Assembly (NCBI GenBank): GCA_041741015.1
Contig: JBGSKX010000248.1
Span: 509-64,508 of the forward strand
Direction: 5' to 3'
Length of the DNA: 64,000 nt
Source of the DNA: Pirellulales bacterium
GTDB lineage: Bacteria > Planctomycetota > Planctomycetia > Pirellulales > PALSA-1355
Under the pieces are notes generated by a model. The model saw only the letters and a program-made list of their open reading frames with translations. It had not been told where the DNA came from and ran no database searches. Made by a program: the position numbers and the translations under genes. Positions within the stretch are counted from its first letter, which is position 1. Each line of letters begins with the position of its first letter. This document shows positions 9,827 through 20,849 of the stretch, one piece after another.

Positions 9827-10123
9827 ATGGCAAAACTCAACCTCCGTCCGCTGGACGATCGCGTCGTTGTTGAACCTCAGGAAGCGGAAGAGCGCACCGC
9901 CGGCGGCATCGTGCTGCCCGATACCGCCAAAGAGCGCCCGCAACGGGGGACGATCATTTCGGTCGGCCCGGGCAAGCTGCTCGACAACGGCAGCCGCGGC
10001 ACCCTGTCGGTCGCAGTCGGCGATCTGGTGATCTACGGCAAGTACTCGGGCACCGACATCGAGGTGGCCGGTAAGGATGTCAAGATTCTTCGCGAAGGCG
10101 ACATCCTGGCGAAGGTCCTGTAG
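9827..10123 (+). CDS. groES: Co-chaperonin GroES
   Basis: 98 aa. Contains [12 protein letters not shown]...[15 protein letters not shown], the typical Cpn10 mobile loop. Confidence 0.95.
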   Translation: MAKLNLRPLDDRVVVEPQEAEERTAGGIVLPDTAKERPQRGTIISVGPGKLLDNGSRGTLSVAVGDLVIYGKYSGTDIEVAGKDVKILREGDILAKVL

Positions 10124-10184
10124 TCGACCCGCGATTTGACTACTTCCCGAACAACTCGCAATTCACATAACGAGGAACGCCATC

Positions 10185-11804
<1,620 letters not shown>

Positions 11805-11882
11805 GCCGGGTGGCCGCAGATTCCTCGCACGCCGACGCGTTTGGCCTGCAAGGTAGAATTAATGTAACGACAGACGCATGGC

Positions 11883-11911
11883 GGGCCACCTCGGTGATTC
11901 TGAGGTGGCCC
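11883..11911 (+). terminator. Stem-loop downstream of groEL2 (candidate terminator)
   Basis: Perfect 10-bp stem GGGCCACCTC / GAGGTGGCCC with a 9-nt loop, followed by GTTTGCGG (weak U tract). It starts about 80 nt after the groEL2 stop. Confidence 0.5.
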
Positions 11912-12013
11912 GTTTGCGGCGCTACCGCGAGAAATCAACTGGCGCATCGGCCGCTGGGCCGGTTGCCTATAATTGACCGGAACCATCGCTTACGACGGCG
12001 CGAATCGAAGATC

Positions 12014-13138
12014 ATGGTGCAAATGGCCGGGAAACGCTGTTATTACGAAGTGCTGCAGGTCGAGCGCACCAGCACGACCAAGGCGATCGCCGAATCCTAC
12101 CGAAAGTTGGCGATCAAATATCACCCGGACAAAAATCCTGGCGATGAGGAGGCAATTGCGCGCTTCAAAGAAGCCGCCGAGGCCTTTGAAGTACTCGGCG
12201 ACGAAGAGAAGCGGGCCCGCTACGATCGCTTCGGCCATGCCGGCGTGAACAACGGCGGCCGCCAGGGTTTCCAGGACGTCAACGACATCTTCGCCGCATT
12301 TGGCGACATCTTCGGGGAGAGCGCGTTCGGCGATCTGTTCGGCGGTCGTCGCCGGGCCAGCAAGGGGAGCGACGTTCGCTGCGATCTGACGCTCGACCTG
12401 ATGGAAGCCGCGCGCGGGGTGACCAAGACCATCGAGTTCCAGCGCCACGAAGCCTGCGAAGAATGCGCCGGGACGGGCGCTAAGAAAGGCACCAGCCGCA
12501 CGACATGCACGTACTGCGCGGGGCGCGGGCAAGTGGTGCAGTCGACCGGGATCTTCCGCGTGCAGACGACTTGCCCCTCGTGTCAGGGCGTCGGTTCGGT
12601 CGTGAAGGAACCATGCGGCAAGTGTCGCGGCGCGGCCTTCGTACTCAAGAAAGTCAAACGCGAAGTTCAGATTCCGGCCGGCATCGACGACCAGATGCGG
12701 ATCCGCATCGCGGGAGAAGGCGAGCCGAGTCCCGCCGGTGGCCCGCGAGGCGACTGCTACTGCTTTATCTCGGTGAAAGAGCATCCGCTGTTCCATCGCG
12801 AAGGCGAACATCTGGTAGTCCGGATGCCGATCACATACACCCAGGCAGCGCTCGGAGCTAAGATCGAAGTCCCCACGCTTGCCGGACCACACGAACTAAA
12901 GTTGCCGGCCGGCACCCAAACGGGCGAAGTTTTTCGGGTGCGTGGCCAGGGGATGCCCAGCCCGCGAGGTCGTTCGGTTGGCGACTTACTGGTGCAGGTT
13001 AACGTCGAAGTACCGAAGTCGCTGAGCGCCGAACAAGAGGAACTGCTCCGACAACTGGCTGAGCAGGAAAAAGTCGAGGTAAGTCCACACCGCAAGAGTT
13101 TCTTTGAAAAGGTTCGCGAATACTTCGCGCAGGAATAG
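12014..13138 (+). CDS. dnaJ: Molecular chaperone DnaJ
   Basis: J domain (YYEVLQV...YRKLAIKYHPDKNPGD), a G/F-rich linker, and four CxxCxGxG zinc-finger repeats. The start is at ATG 12014 or 12023; the longer ORF from 11810 crosses the terminator hairpin. Confidence 0.9.
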   Translation: MVQMAGKRCYYEVLQVERTSTTKAIAESYRKLAIKYHPDKNPGDEEAIARFKEAAEAFEVLGDEEKRARYDRFGHAGVNNGGRQGFQDVNDIFAAFGDIFGESAFGDLFGGRRRASKGSDVRCDLTLDLMEAARGVTKTIEFQRHEACEECAGTGAKKGTSRTTCTYCAGRGQVVQSTGIFRVQTTCPSCQGVGSVVKEPCGKCRGAAFVLKKVKREVQIPAGIDDQMRIRIAGEGEPSPAGGPRGDCYCFISVKEHPLFHREGEHLVVRMPITYTQAALGAKIEVPTLAGPHELKLPAGTQTGEVFRVRGQGMPSPRGRSVGDLLVQVNVEVPKSLSAEQEELLRQLAEQEKVEVSPHRKSFFEKVREYFAQE

Positions 13139-13193
13139 CCATCCGGCAAACATCGTGGTCGCCGCGCCGCGATCCGCTTGAGGAATACCAATT

Positions 13194-13733
13194 ATGTCGC
13201 AAAACCCAACCAATCCGTCGGACGCCAGCCGCTCGGCAGCAGAGCAGGCCGCGGACGCCGCCTTTCAGGCCAGCGAGCAGGAGTTCGAGAAGCTGCGTGC
13301 TGATCTGGACGATGCCGCGGACCGCGCCTTGCGTGCACAGGCCGAACTCGATAACTATCGCAAGCGAGCTCGACGCGAGCTGGAAGACGAGCGGCAGTAT
13401 GCCGCTCTGCCCCTGTTGCGCGACTTGCTGCCGGTGCTCGACAATATGCAAAGAGCGATCGAGGCCGGCGAAAAGTCTTCGCAAGCAGCGGGACTGCTCG
13501 ACGGCATCAAGCTCGTCGCCCAAAACCTGACCAATGTTCTGGCCAAGCACGAGTGCCAGAAGATCGATGCACTGGGGCAACCGTTTGACCCGGCAGTCCA
13601 CGAGGCGATCTCCCAACAGCCATCGGCCGAACATGAGCCTGGAACCGTGACGCTGGTGGCTCAAGACGGGTACGTGCTGCACGACCGGGTTGTGCGCCCC
13701 GCGCAAGTGATCGTTTCCAAGTCTCCCAATTAA
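13194..13733 (+). CDS. grpE: Nucleotide exchange factor GrpE
   Basis: LRAQAELDNYRKRARRELEDERQYA and the C-terminal beta domain are typical of GrpE. Confidence 0.9.
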   Translation: MSQNPTNPSDASRSAAEQAADAAFQASEQEFEKLRADLDDAADRALRAQAELDNYRKRARRELEDERQYAALPLLRDLLPVLDNMQRAIEAGEKSSQAAGLLDGIKLVAQNLTNVLAKHECQKIDALGQPFDPAVHEAISQQPSAEHEPGTVTLVAQDGYVLHDRVVRPAQVIVSKSPN

Positions 13734-13794
13734 CGAAAATGCGAATGCGAGCCGGCACGGCTGGCAATCGAGTCGAGATATCGGAGTTTCGTAT

Positions 13795-14097
13795 ATGCCC
13801 ACTTATGACTACGAGTGTGACGCCTGCGGCCACAAGTTCGAGCTCTTCCAATCGATGAAGGATGAGCCCGAACGCAAGTGTCCCGAGTGCAAGAAGCTGA
13901 AACTCCGCCGCCTGTTCGGCACCGGAGCGGCCCTGATGTTCAAGGGTTCCGGCTTCTACACCACGGACTACCGCAGCGATTCGTACAAAAAAGACGCCGC
14001 GGCCGACAAGTCCTCCAGCAAGTCGAGCGACTCGTCCAGCAAGGGCGATGCCTCTTGCTCGGGGGACAAGTCAAGCTGTAACAAGTGCTCCGACTAG
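13795..14097 (+). CDS. FmdB-family zinc-ribbon protein (CxxC_CxxC_SSSS type)
   Basis: N-terminus MPTYDYECDACGHKFELFQSMKDEPERKCPECK, followed by a Ser-rich tail. Confidence 0.75.
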   Translation: MPTYDYECDACGHKFELFQSMKDEPERKCPECKKLKLRRLFGTGAALMFKGSGFYTTDYRSDSYKKDAAADKSSSKSSDSSSKGDASCSGDKSSCNKCSD

Positions 14098-14198
14098 CCG
14101 CAAGCCAACCTACGAGTTGAGAAATTCCAGTCTGACCGCGGGCCAGGTTGGCCTCGCGCCATTCGTTTGGCGTGCAGCCGATATGCCCCTTAATCACA

Positions 14199-14384
14199 AT
14201 GCCTACCGCCCGCTGTCCAACTTGCTCCCTGCAATTCGACCCACAGAAGTCGACAGCCCTGCCATTCTGCAGCGATCGCTGCCGGCAGATTGATCTTCGC
14301 CGCTGGCTGAACGAAGAGATCTCGATTCCAGTCGAGGATGAAGGCGGAGAACAGGACGAGATGCCCGACGATTCGGACGCTTGA
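14199..14384 (+). CDS. yacG: DNA gyrase inhibitor YacG-like zinc finger protein
   Basis: [35 protein letters not shown] matches the YacG pattern CPxC...PFCSxRCxxxDLxxW. Confidence 0.75.
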   Translation: MPTARCPTCSLQFDPQKSTALPFCSDRCRQIDLRRWLNEEISIPVEDEGGEQDEMPDDSDA

Positions 14385-14556
14385 TCCCGCGTAAGCCGCC
14401 CGCCGCGACCAATCGCCCTGCCCCGATTTCCTATTCTGGCTCGACTACGTAACCCGTATAATTGCCGACCTTGCGGGGACTCCGTTGGCGGAGCAGTCCG
14501 CGAAGTGGCAGACGCTTTTGCTGTCTGCAGGTAGGAAGCACACGGGAGTCGCAACG

Positions 14557-15783
14557 ATGGCTGACGAACGGGGCACGATTCGCTCGATCGCCTGGCACCA
14601 GGTTTTTCCCGCGCTGCGGATTCTTTCCGCGGTTCGTATGGCCTTGAACATCAAGGCGCTATTGCTGGCTGCGATCGGCGTGGCAGGCATGGTTGCGGGC
14701 TGGCGCGTGCTCGGAGAGCTGTTTCACGATCCGGAAGCAGCCCAATCTTTGCTGAATACGGACCTGTCTTACTACACGACCTGGCCGTGGGATCGACCGT
14801 TCGAGATGCCGCCCACGGACCGATTGACATCGCTCGAAGTCTGGTACGCGTACAGCCCGCTCGTAGCTGCCTGGAACGAGCTGCCGATGCCGATGAAGCG
14901 GATGTACCAGGTGGCCGAAGCGCCGACGTTCGCTGGCTTCATGTACCTGCTAACCTATGGACTATGGACGCTGTTGATCTGGTCCTATTTTGGCGGCGCG
15001 ATCTCTCGGCAGGCGGCAGTCGCCTTCGCACGGCAGGAAAATGTCTCGCTCGGAGCGCTGGCCCGGTTTGTCCATGGCAAGGTCGGGGCCTATGTCGCGG
15101 CGCCGCTGTTTCCACTGCTGGGATCGGCACTCATCGCGTTGCCATTGGCTGGCCTGGGCCTGCTGCTCAGGCTCGACTTGGGCTGGGCCGACGCACTGGT
15201 GGGAATCGTCTGGGGAGCAGCACTGTTGGGCGGCTTCCTGATGGCGTTCCTGCTGCTAGGGCTGTTCTTCGGCTTTCCACTCATGTGGGCGGCAATCAGC
15301 GCCGAGGGAACTGATTCCTTCGGAGCCCTAAGCCATGCCTATGCGTACGTTTACCAGCGGCCGCTCAGGTTCCTGGGATATGCGGTACTAGCCGCCCTGG
15401 CCGGCGTGCTGGGCTGGTACCTGGTCACGCTTTTCGCCCTCTGGACTAATGAGCTAGCGCTGTGGTCGGTTAGCTGGGGAAGCGGCGCCGGGCGGCTCAC
15501 GGACGCTCGCACTGTCGGCGGACAGGAAGGCTTCGCAGCCACAGGGGCGCAGGCGATGGCCTTCTGGACCAATGGCCTGACGCTGCTCGCCTATGCTTTC
15601 GTCTTCAGCTATTTCTGGACAGCCACCACGGTGATTTACTTCTTACTCCGGCGACTCGTCGATGCCACGGCGCTCGACGAGGTTTATATGCCGGGCGAAG
15701 CCGAGAAACGTGGGCTACCGCCACTCAAGACCGGTGCGGACGGTGTCCCAGCAGTGGCCGAAGAACCCGCCCGGCCGGCTTAG
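14557..15783 (+). CDS. Integral membrane protein of unknown function (multi-pass)
   Basis: Long ORF with many hydrophobic segments and Trp/Gly-rich helices. No recognisable catalytic motif. The ATG at 14557 is preferred over the TTG at 14485. Confidence 0.6.
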   Translation: MADERGTIRSIAWHQVFPALRILSAVRMALNIKALLLAAIGVAGMVAGWRVLGELFHDPEAAQSLLNTDLSYYTTWPWDRPFEMPPTDRLTSLEVWYAYSPLVAAWNELPMPMKRMYQVAEAPTFAGFMYLLTYGLWTLLIWSYFGGAISRQAAVAFARQENVSLGALARFVHGKVGAYVAAPLFPLLGSALIALPLAGLGLLLRLDLGWADALVGIVWGAALLGGFLMAFLLLGLFFGFPLMWAAISAEGTDSFGALSHAYAYVYQRPLRFLGYAVLAALAGVLGWYLVTLFALWTNELALWSVSWGSGAGRLTDARTVGGQEGFAATGAQAMAFWTNGLTLLAYAFVFSYFWTATTVIYFLLRRLVDATALDEVYMPGEAEKRGLPPLKTGADGVPAVAEEPARPA

Positions 15784-15787
15784 CTTG

Positions 15788-16141
15788 CTAGAAACGCCCG
15801 GCCAAGAACTGGTCCATGTGGGCGTGGAACTGGCCGCGCGACATCACGGCGTCAAAGCCGGCCGAAGCCGCGGCTTCCAGGAGCGGCTTGTGCACGTGCG
15901 GCCCAAAGGCCAGAGTGCGCGAGGATTCGGCCAATAGCGGTTTGAGCCCCTGCATCAGCCGCACCGGATCAATGCCCGGATGGCTTAGATCGACCACCAC
16001 CAGTTCGATGGCGCCGTCATTGGCCCTTTCCAAAAGCTGTCCCTCGCCACTAGCGAAAATGAGTTGCACGCCCGCCCTCTGGGCAGCGCCGCCGACTTGC
16101 GATTGCATCATCAGGTCGGAAACGAGCGCGAGAACGGCCAT
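15788..16141 (-). CDS. Small single-domain protein, possibly with a CheY-like receiver fold
   Basis: 117 aa with an alternating beta-alpha pattern: VLALVSDLMM, ELVVVDLSHPG, then AFGPHV. It lies about 30 nt downstream of the P-II gene on the same strand. The fold assignment is tentative. Confidence 0.4.
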   Translation of the reverse strand: MAVLALVSDLMMQSQVGGAAQRAGVQLIFASGEGQLLERANDGAIELVVVDLSHPGIDPVRLMQGLKPLLAESSRTLAFGPHVHKPLLEAAASAGFDAVMSRGQFHAHMDQFLAGRF

Positions 16142-16170
16142 GAGTCGTGATACGTGACTAGTCGAGAGTG

Positions 16171-16518
16171 CTAGACGGCTTCTGGCCCGCGTCGGCCGCC
16201 GGCGATATCGATGGCTTCTTCTGTCGGCAAGACGAAAATTTTGCCGTCGCCGATCGTGCCTTCCGGCCCTGTGCGGGCGACGCTGGTGATGGTCTCCAAG
16301 GTACGCTCGAGGAAATCATCGTTAACGGTGATTTCGAGGGCGACCTTCCGGAGCAGATTCGTCCGATACTCATTGCCGCGGTAGAACTCCGTCTGTCCGC
16401 GCTGGCGGCCATAGCCCTGGGCATCGCAGACGGTCATCCGCGTGACGCCGATATTGTCGAGCGCTTCGCGCACGGCGTGCAGCTTCGTAGGTTGAATGAC
16501 GGCAACGACGAGTTTCAT
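16171..16518 (-). CDS. glnB: Nitrogen regulatory protein P-II (GlnB/GlnK family)
   Basis: MKLVVAVIQPTKLHAVREAL..., a T-loop GYGRQRGQTEFYRGNEY with the conserved Tyr, and the GDGKIFV motif. The ATG at 16518 was chosen. Confidence 0.9.
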   Translation of the reverse strand: MKLVVAVIQPTKLHAVREALDNIGVTRMTVCDAQGYGRQRGQTEFYRGNEYRTNLLRKVALEITVNDDFLERTLETITSVARTGPEGTIGDGKIFVLPTEEAIDIAGGRRGPEAV

Positions 16519-16618
16519 GGCGGCGTACTCCCGCAAAGGGCGACCCAACAGCAGCGGTCAAGCATACCGCGCCCCGCCGAACCGATAAGCCCCAATCGCC
16601 GTTAACTCAAATCCGATT

Positions 16619-16651
16619 GCTGCGGCTCCCCAGATTGCCGAGAGCCGCAGC
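16619..16651 (-). terminator. Stem-loop downstream of the metalloprotease gene (candidate terminator)
   Basis: Perfect 10-bp inverted repeat GCTGCGGCTC / GAGCCGCAGC with a 13-nt loop, about 20 nt after the stop at 16672. The U tract is weak. Confidence 0.35.
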
Positions 16652-16671
16652 GAGGGCTGGAGATAATCGAG

Positions 16672-19392
16672 TTAGTTCAGGTTAAACCGTGCATCGAGTA
16701 CCCTGTGGATCCGGCTGGCCGATTCCTGCAAATGAGCCTTGCTGTAGGCGTCCAGCTTGCGGTCGCTCTTGAGCAGCTCATTGATCCGCAGTTCCAGAGC
16801 TTCCAACTCGGCATAAGCCACGGTCTGACAGTCCTGCGGAGCCCCGCTGCGCCCCATGGCCAGCGACGACATCCGCTCAAGGTACGTCCGCTGCAGATTA
16901 CGCCGCAGGCTGCTGATTGCCGGCTTGCGATTCGTGTACTCGCCTTCGGGCATCCCCTCGATCTCCGAGAAGATCGTCTTCGTAAGCGTGCCCATCAATT
17001 CCGGCGTCGTCAGGGCATCCTGATCGGCCGGCAGTTGCAACTCGGTGTCGTGCAATCGCTCCAGCGTCAGGGGCGACATAAGCTGGCTCAAGATGCGATC
17101 CTGCCACATGCCAATCACTTCATGCACGGGGAAATCCGTGCGGAGAGGCATGTCCGAGCCCCAGTGCGACCAGCGGCTGGAAGCCAGGTGGCTGTAGAGT
17201 TCGGGCGGGAACTGGAACGGCTTGTCGCTAAACACCTGCTCGCCGACCAGCACCAGTGCTTCACGCTGCTTGGCCGGTTCGACCACCGTGAACGGCGGAG
17301 CCGAATTCGGGTCGCCGCGATGGGCGCGGCTGACGTAGACGCCGCCGACCAGTCGCGAAGCAAAGTGCATTGCGCGGCCGTGATTCGACAACAGCACGCC
17401 GAACACTTGGCGAGTCTTCTGATAGCCGTCGCCGTCCTTGGTCGATTCCTTAAGCACGGTCGGCCACAACTCGCCAATCAACTGGGCCCGCATCTTGGCA
17501 TAAGCCAAGGGATCCTTGCCCATGTCGTAGCGGTTCGAAAGCGGATCGGGATCGATGCCGCGAGTGTCTTCGTCGGTCGCATATGCGAGCTGCGGTTCAC
17601 CGCAGCGAGCGGCGATCTTCTTCAGTTCAGCGACTTCGCCGTCGGTACCACCGGATAGCGGTTTGTAACCATACTCGATGGCCCACATGTCATAAGGACC
17701 GATGGTGCTCGAGAAGTAGTCGCCCTGCGGCAAGCCCTGCGGCATCAGGTTGGCCGGAGCATAGTCCATCACCGAAGAGGTCAAGCCCGTCTCAGCGGTC
17801 TTGGCGGGATCGTTCATATCCTCGAGCGTGAGCATCGTGCTGGCCTTGAAATTGTGACGCAGGCCGAGCGTGTGGCCGATCTCGTGCATGGTCACTTCCT
17901 TGAGCCCCTGCACGACGAGCTTCTCGCGGTCGGCCGGGTTCGTGGTCCGGGTTGCCATCACGTGCGAGCCGAACGCCAGTTCCCGGGCCAGCCCGTGATG
18001 GAACTCGCAGATATTTTCGCCGTGCATGTGGGGCTCGGCCTTGAGCTGCTCCTCATAGCTGCGGAGGTCAAGTGCACCGCCCGTCATGCGCGCCACAGCC
18101 TCGGGCGTGAAGTTCTCATACTCCTGCTTCCAGAACTGCAGGAAGTCGGCGTCGAAAATCACGTCGGCGTCGAGAATCTGACCCGTGCGAGGATTGACGC
18201 GTGAAGGGCCCATGGCGAAGCCGGCGCCGGCCGTGATCCAGCGGAAGGTGTTGTAGTTGATGTCTTCCGGATCCCAGTCGTCGCTGTCGCGCTGCTGGCG
18301 GACTTCGATCGCGTTGGCGAAGCCGGCCTTCTCAAAGGCCTTGTTCCACTCGGCGATGCCGTCGCGAATCGGAGCGCGATACGCGTAGGGAATGGTCTTT
18401 TCCAGGTAGAAGATAATTGGCTTCTTGGGCGGCGAAATCTCGGCCGAGGGCTCGGCTTTTTGCAGATCCCAGCGGTTGATGTACCGCACAAATCGATCGT
18501 CTTCCCCCTTCTTCGACCAATCCTTAAGCGCGGTGAGGAAGTAGCCGACGCGGTCATCCGCCATCCGCGGTTGATAGCCGTTCTCCGGCAACAGGCTGAT
18601 CGAGTAGTGCACGTGAATGCTCGCGCCGCGGCTGTCGGCGACGGAATCGATCTCATCGCGACCGCTCGAGGCGTAAGTCGCGGCGACTTCCAATTCGATG
18701 TTATCGGTCAGGCCCCGGTTCTTGCCCTTGGGGAACCCTTCGGCCCAGGTACTCTTGGTGTCCGAGAACATGAATCCCGGCAGCACGGAAGAAATCTGCG
18801 GCAAGTCGCTCATGAATACCGGCGTGAAGTCAACGACATTCGAGCCGTCCGGCGACGTGGTGACGATCGGCAGGCTGAACAGCACGCTGTCGGTGTAGGC
18901 GAGGTTCACGGCGCGCGACTGCGGGTCGCCCTTGTCGGCAGTGAACCGCACGTTGCGCCTGACCAGCAGAATTCGATCGTCAACCTTGCGGAACTGCCAG
19001 ATCCAATCATCGCCGAAACCCCAGCTCATGCCGCCCAGAATTGAACCGCGGCCGATGCCTTTGGCGATCGAGATCAGCACGATGAAGTCTTTATTCATGT
19101 GCCGGCCGCCAAGCTCGCCCAACAGGCGATTTCCCTTGCGATGCAGCTTGATGAGGCCGTCGATCGTCTCGTGATCTTTGATCACGTCGGCATAAGGCGG
19201 GTACTTTGGCTTCGGTTTTTCCGCGGAATCGGCGGGCTTGCTCTCGCCTTTAGGCTCCTCTTTCGTCGCTTCGCCGGCTGCGTTCTCGGCGGGCGCATTC
19301 TCGCTGGCCGTGATCTCCTGGGCGAGCGTCACCGGAGCGATGAACGCAACGGCCATCATGAAACCAAAGAATCCTACGAGGTGCCTGACCAT
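16672..19392 (-). CDS. Secreted zinc-dependent metalloprotease (met-zincin, HExxHxxGxxH)
   Basis: Signal peptide MVRHLVGFFGFMMAVAFIAPVTLAQE. Zinc site HEIGHTLGLRHNF. Large N-terminal beta-rich region. Confidence 0.8.
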   Translation of the reverse strand: MVRHLVGFFGFMMAVAFIAPVTLAQEITASENAPAENAAGEATKEEPKGESKPADSAEKPKPKYPPYADVIKDHETIDGLIKLHRKGNRLLGELGGRHMNKDFIVLISIAKGIGRGSILGGMSWGFGDDWIWQFRKVDDRILLVRRNVRFTADKGDPQSRAVNLAYTDSVLFSLPIVTTSPDGSNVVDFTPVFMSDLPQISSVLPGFMFSDTKSTWAEGFPKGKNRGLTDNIELEVAATYASSGRDEIDSVADSRGASIHVHYSISLLPENGYQPRMADDRVGYFLTALKDWSKKGEDDRFVRYINRWDLQKAEPSAEISPPKKPIIFYLEKTIPYAYRAPIRDGIAEWNKAFEKAGFANAIEVRQQRDSDDWDPEDINYNTFRWITAGAGFAMGPSRVNPRTGQILDADVIFDADFLQFWKQEYENFTPEAVARMTGGALDLRSYEEQLKAEPHMHGENICEFHHGLARELAFGSHVMATRTTNPADREKLVVQGLKEVTMHEIGHTLGLRHNFKASTMLTLEDMNDPAKTAETGLTSSVMDYAPANLMPQGLPQGDYFSSTIGPYDMWAIEYGYKPLSGGTDGEVAELKKIAARCGEPQLAYATDEDTRGIDPDPLSNRYDMGKDPLAYAKMRAQLIGELWPTVLKESTKDGDGYQKTRQVFGVLLSNHGRAMHFASRLVGGVYVSRAHRGDPNSAPPFTVVEPAKQREALVLVGEQVFSDKPFQFPPELYSHLASSRWSHWGSDMPLRTDFPVHEVIGMWQDRILSQLMSPLTLERLHDTELQLPADQDALTTPELMGTLTKTIFSEIEGMPEGEYTNRKPAISSLRRNLQRTYLERMSSLAMGRSGAPQDCQTVAYAELEALELRINELLKSDRKLDAYSKAHLQESASRIHRVLDARFNLN

Positions 19393-19685
19393 CGTTGCTG
19401 TCTCGCTATCGCGGGGAGAAATGGTGGGGGGAGACCGGCGTCCGCCGATACAAGTAAAGGCCCGTATGCCCACAGCGCGAAATCCGCATCCGCGCCAAAT
19501 ATAGCCTAACCTAGCCAATTACCGACAGGCTCCCGGTGCGGCAGTTGTAATACGGGGAAATCTGCGGGAGGGATCGGTCGCCGGGAAGATTTACGCAGTG
19601 GATCGTGCCGAAGGTGCGATCTTTAGTATACCTGACGATTAAACCCCCGGTATGTAATTCCGGGCCGGTCGCGCGAGACGGGGCG

Positions 19686-20699
19686 ATGGGAATCGATCGC
19701 GATATTCAGCGAATTCTGCAGCTCTACCCGGAGGATTGCCGGCCGCTGTCGGTCGACCTGTTCCATGCGCCCATGAGCTTCAGCGGTGCGACGCTGTGGC
19801 GAATTTCGGCCCCCAGGGGGCCACTCTGCCTGCGGCGGTGGCCAGCCGGGTTTCCGGGAACCGAGAGGCTCGAATTCCTGCAGGCCGTCCTCTGGCACGT
19901 CAACCAGGAAGGGTTCGACCGCATTCCGGTGCCCGTCGAGACGCACCACAAACACGGGTTCATCTGGCATGCGGGGCACCTGTGGGAGCTCACGCCCTGG
20001 CTGCCCGGGGACGCCGATTACCGGGCCAATCCGACAAAGCCCCGACTGCATAACGCCATGCTCGCGCTGGCCGCGTTTCACGAGGCAGCCCGAACCTTCC
20101 CGCTGCCGGAGACCGGTCCTACCGGCTCACCGGGAATCGCCGATCGGGCGTTGCACCTCCAGGGGCTCCTGGGCGGGCGGCTGGTCGAACTCCGGAAAGC
20201 GATGGGCTCAGGTGCTCATCCCGCAATTGCCCAGCGAGGCCGGCGGCTGATCGACACGGCGATGCGGCACGGCCCCAGCGTGCTCCACGCGTTGGAGACG
20301 GCGAGCGGGCTGGATGTCGCCGTGCAGCCTTGTATTCGCGATGTATGGCATGCCCACATCCTGTTTGAAGCGGACGCAGTGACCGGAATCGTCGATTTTG
20401 GCGCGCTGCGGCCGGACAATGTGGCGACCGACGTCGCGAGGCTGCTGGGAAGCCTCGCTCAGGACGACGTGTCCGATTGGCAAGCGGGTCTGGCCGCGTA
20501 TCAATCCATCCGGCGGCTATCGCGCAACGAACATAACCTGGTGCTGGCATTCGACCGCAGCACGGTGCTGATGGGCGGGCTGCAATGGCTGGAATGGATC
20601 TACATCGAAGGTCGCGAATTCGCCGACGAAGCCGCCGTGACTGCGCGGCTCGACGAGTTTCTGCAGCGGCTTGAGCACCTGTCGCAAACGCTTGCTTGA
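19686..20699 (+). CDS. Aminoglycoside/choline-kinase-family phosphotransferase (APH fold)
   Basis: Catalytic-loop and DFG-like region DVWHAHILFEADAVTGIVDFGALRPDNVATDVARL. Confidence 0.7.
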   Translation: MGIDRDIQRILQLYPEDCRPLSVDLFHAPMSFSGATLWRISAPRGPLCLRRWPAGFPGTERLEFLQAVLWHVNQEGFDRIPVPVETHHKHGFIWHAGHLWELTPWLPGDADYRANPTKPRLHNAMLALAAFHEAARTFPLPETGPTGSPGIADRALHLQGLLGGRLVELRKAMGSGAHPAIAQRGRRLIDTAMRHGPSVLHALETASGLDVAVQPCIRDVWHAHILFEADAVTGIVDFGALRPDNVATDVARLLGSLAQDDVSDWQAGLAAYQSIRRLSRNEHNLVLAFDRSTVLMGGLQWLEWIYIEGREFADEAAVTARLDEFLQRLEHLSQTLA

Positions 20700-20849
20700 A
20701 CGGAGCTTATGCCCGGTCAATGACCGAACAATCGGTCCGATGCTGCGTACAACTGCCCAGGACGGCGGCGTTGACCCGCCCCTGCGCGGACCGCTAGAAT
20801 TGATCGGTCACAACGCCCTTAGTGCTTTGGCTATAAGGATATAAGAAGC

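Noticed and set aside
11810-12013. N-terminal extensions offered by the ORF track. Examples: DnaJ from 11810, M42 peptidase from 5415, esterase from 38208, aldehyde dehydrogenase to 28836, metalloprotease to 19518.
   Set aside because: The extensions have non-protein-like composition, cross hairpins or neighbouring genes, and precede obvious signal peptides or conserved N-termini. Internal ATG or GTG starts were used instead.
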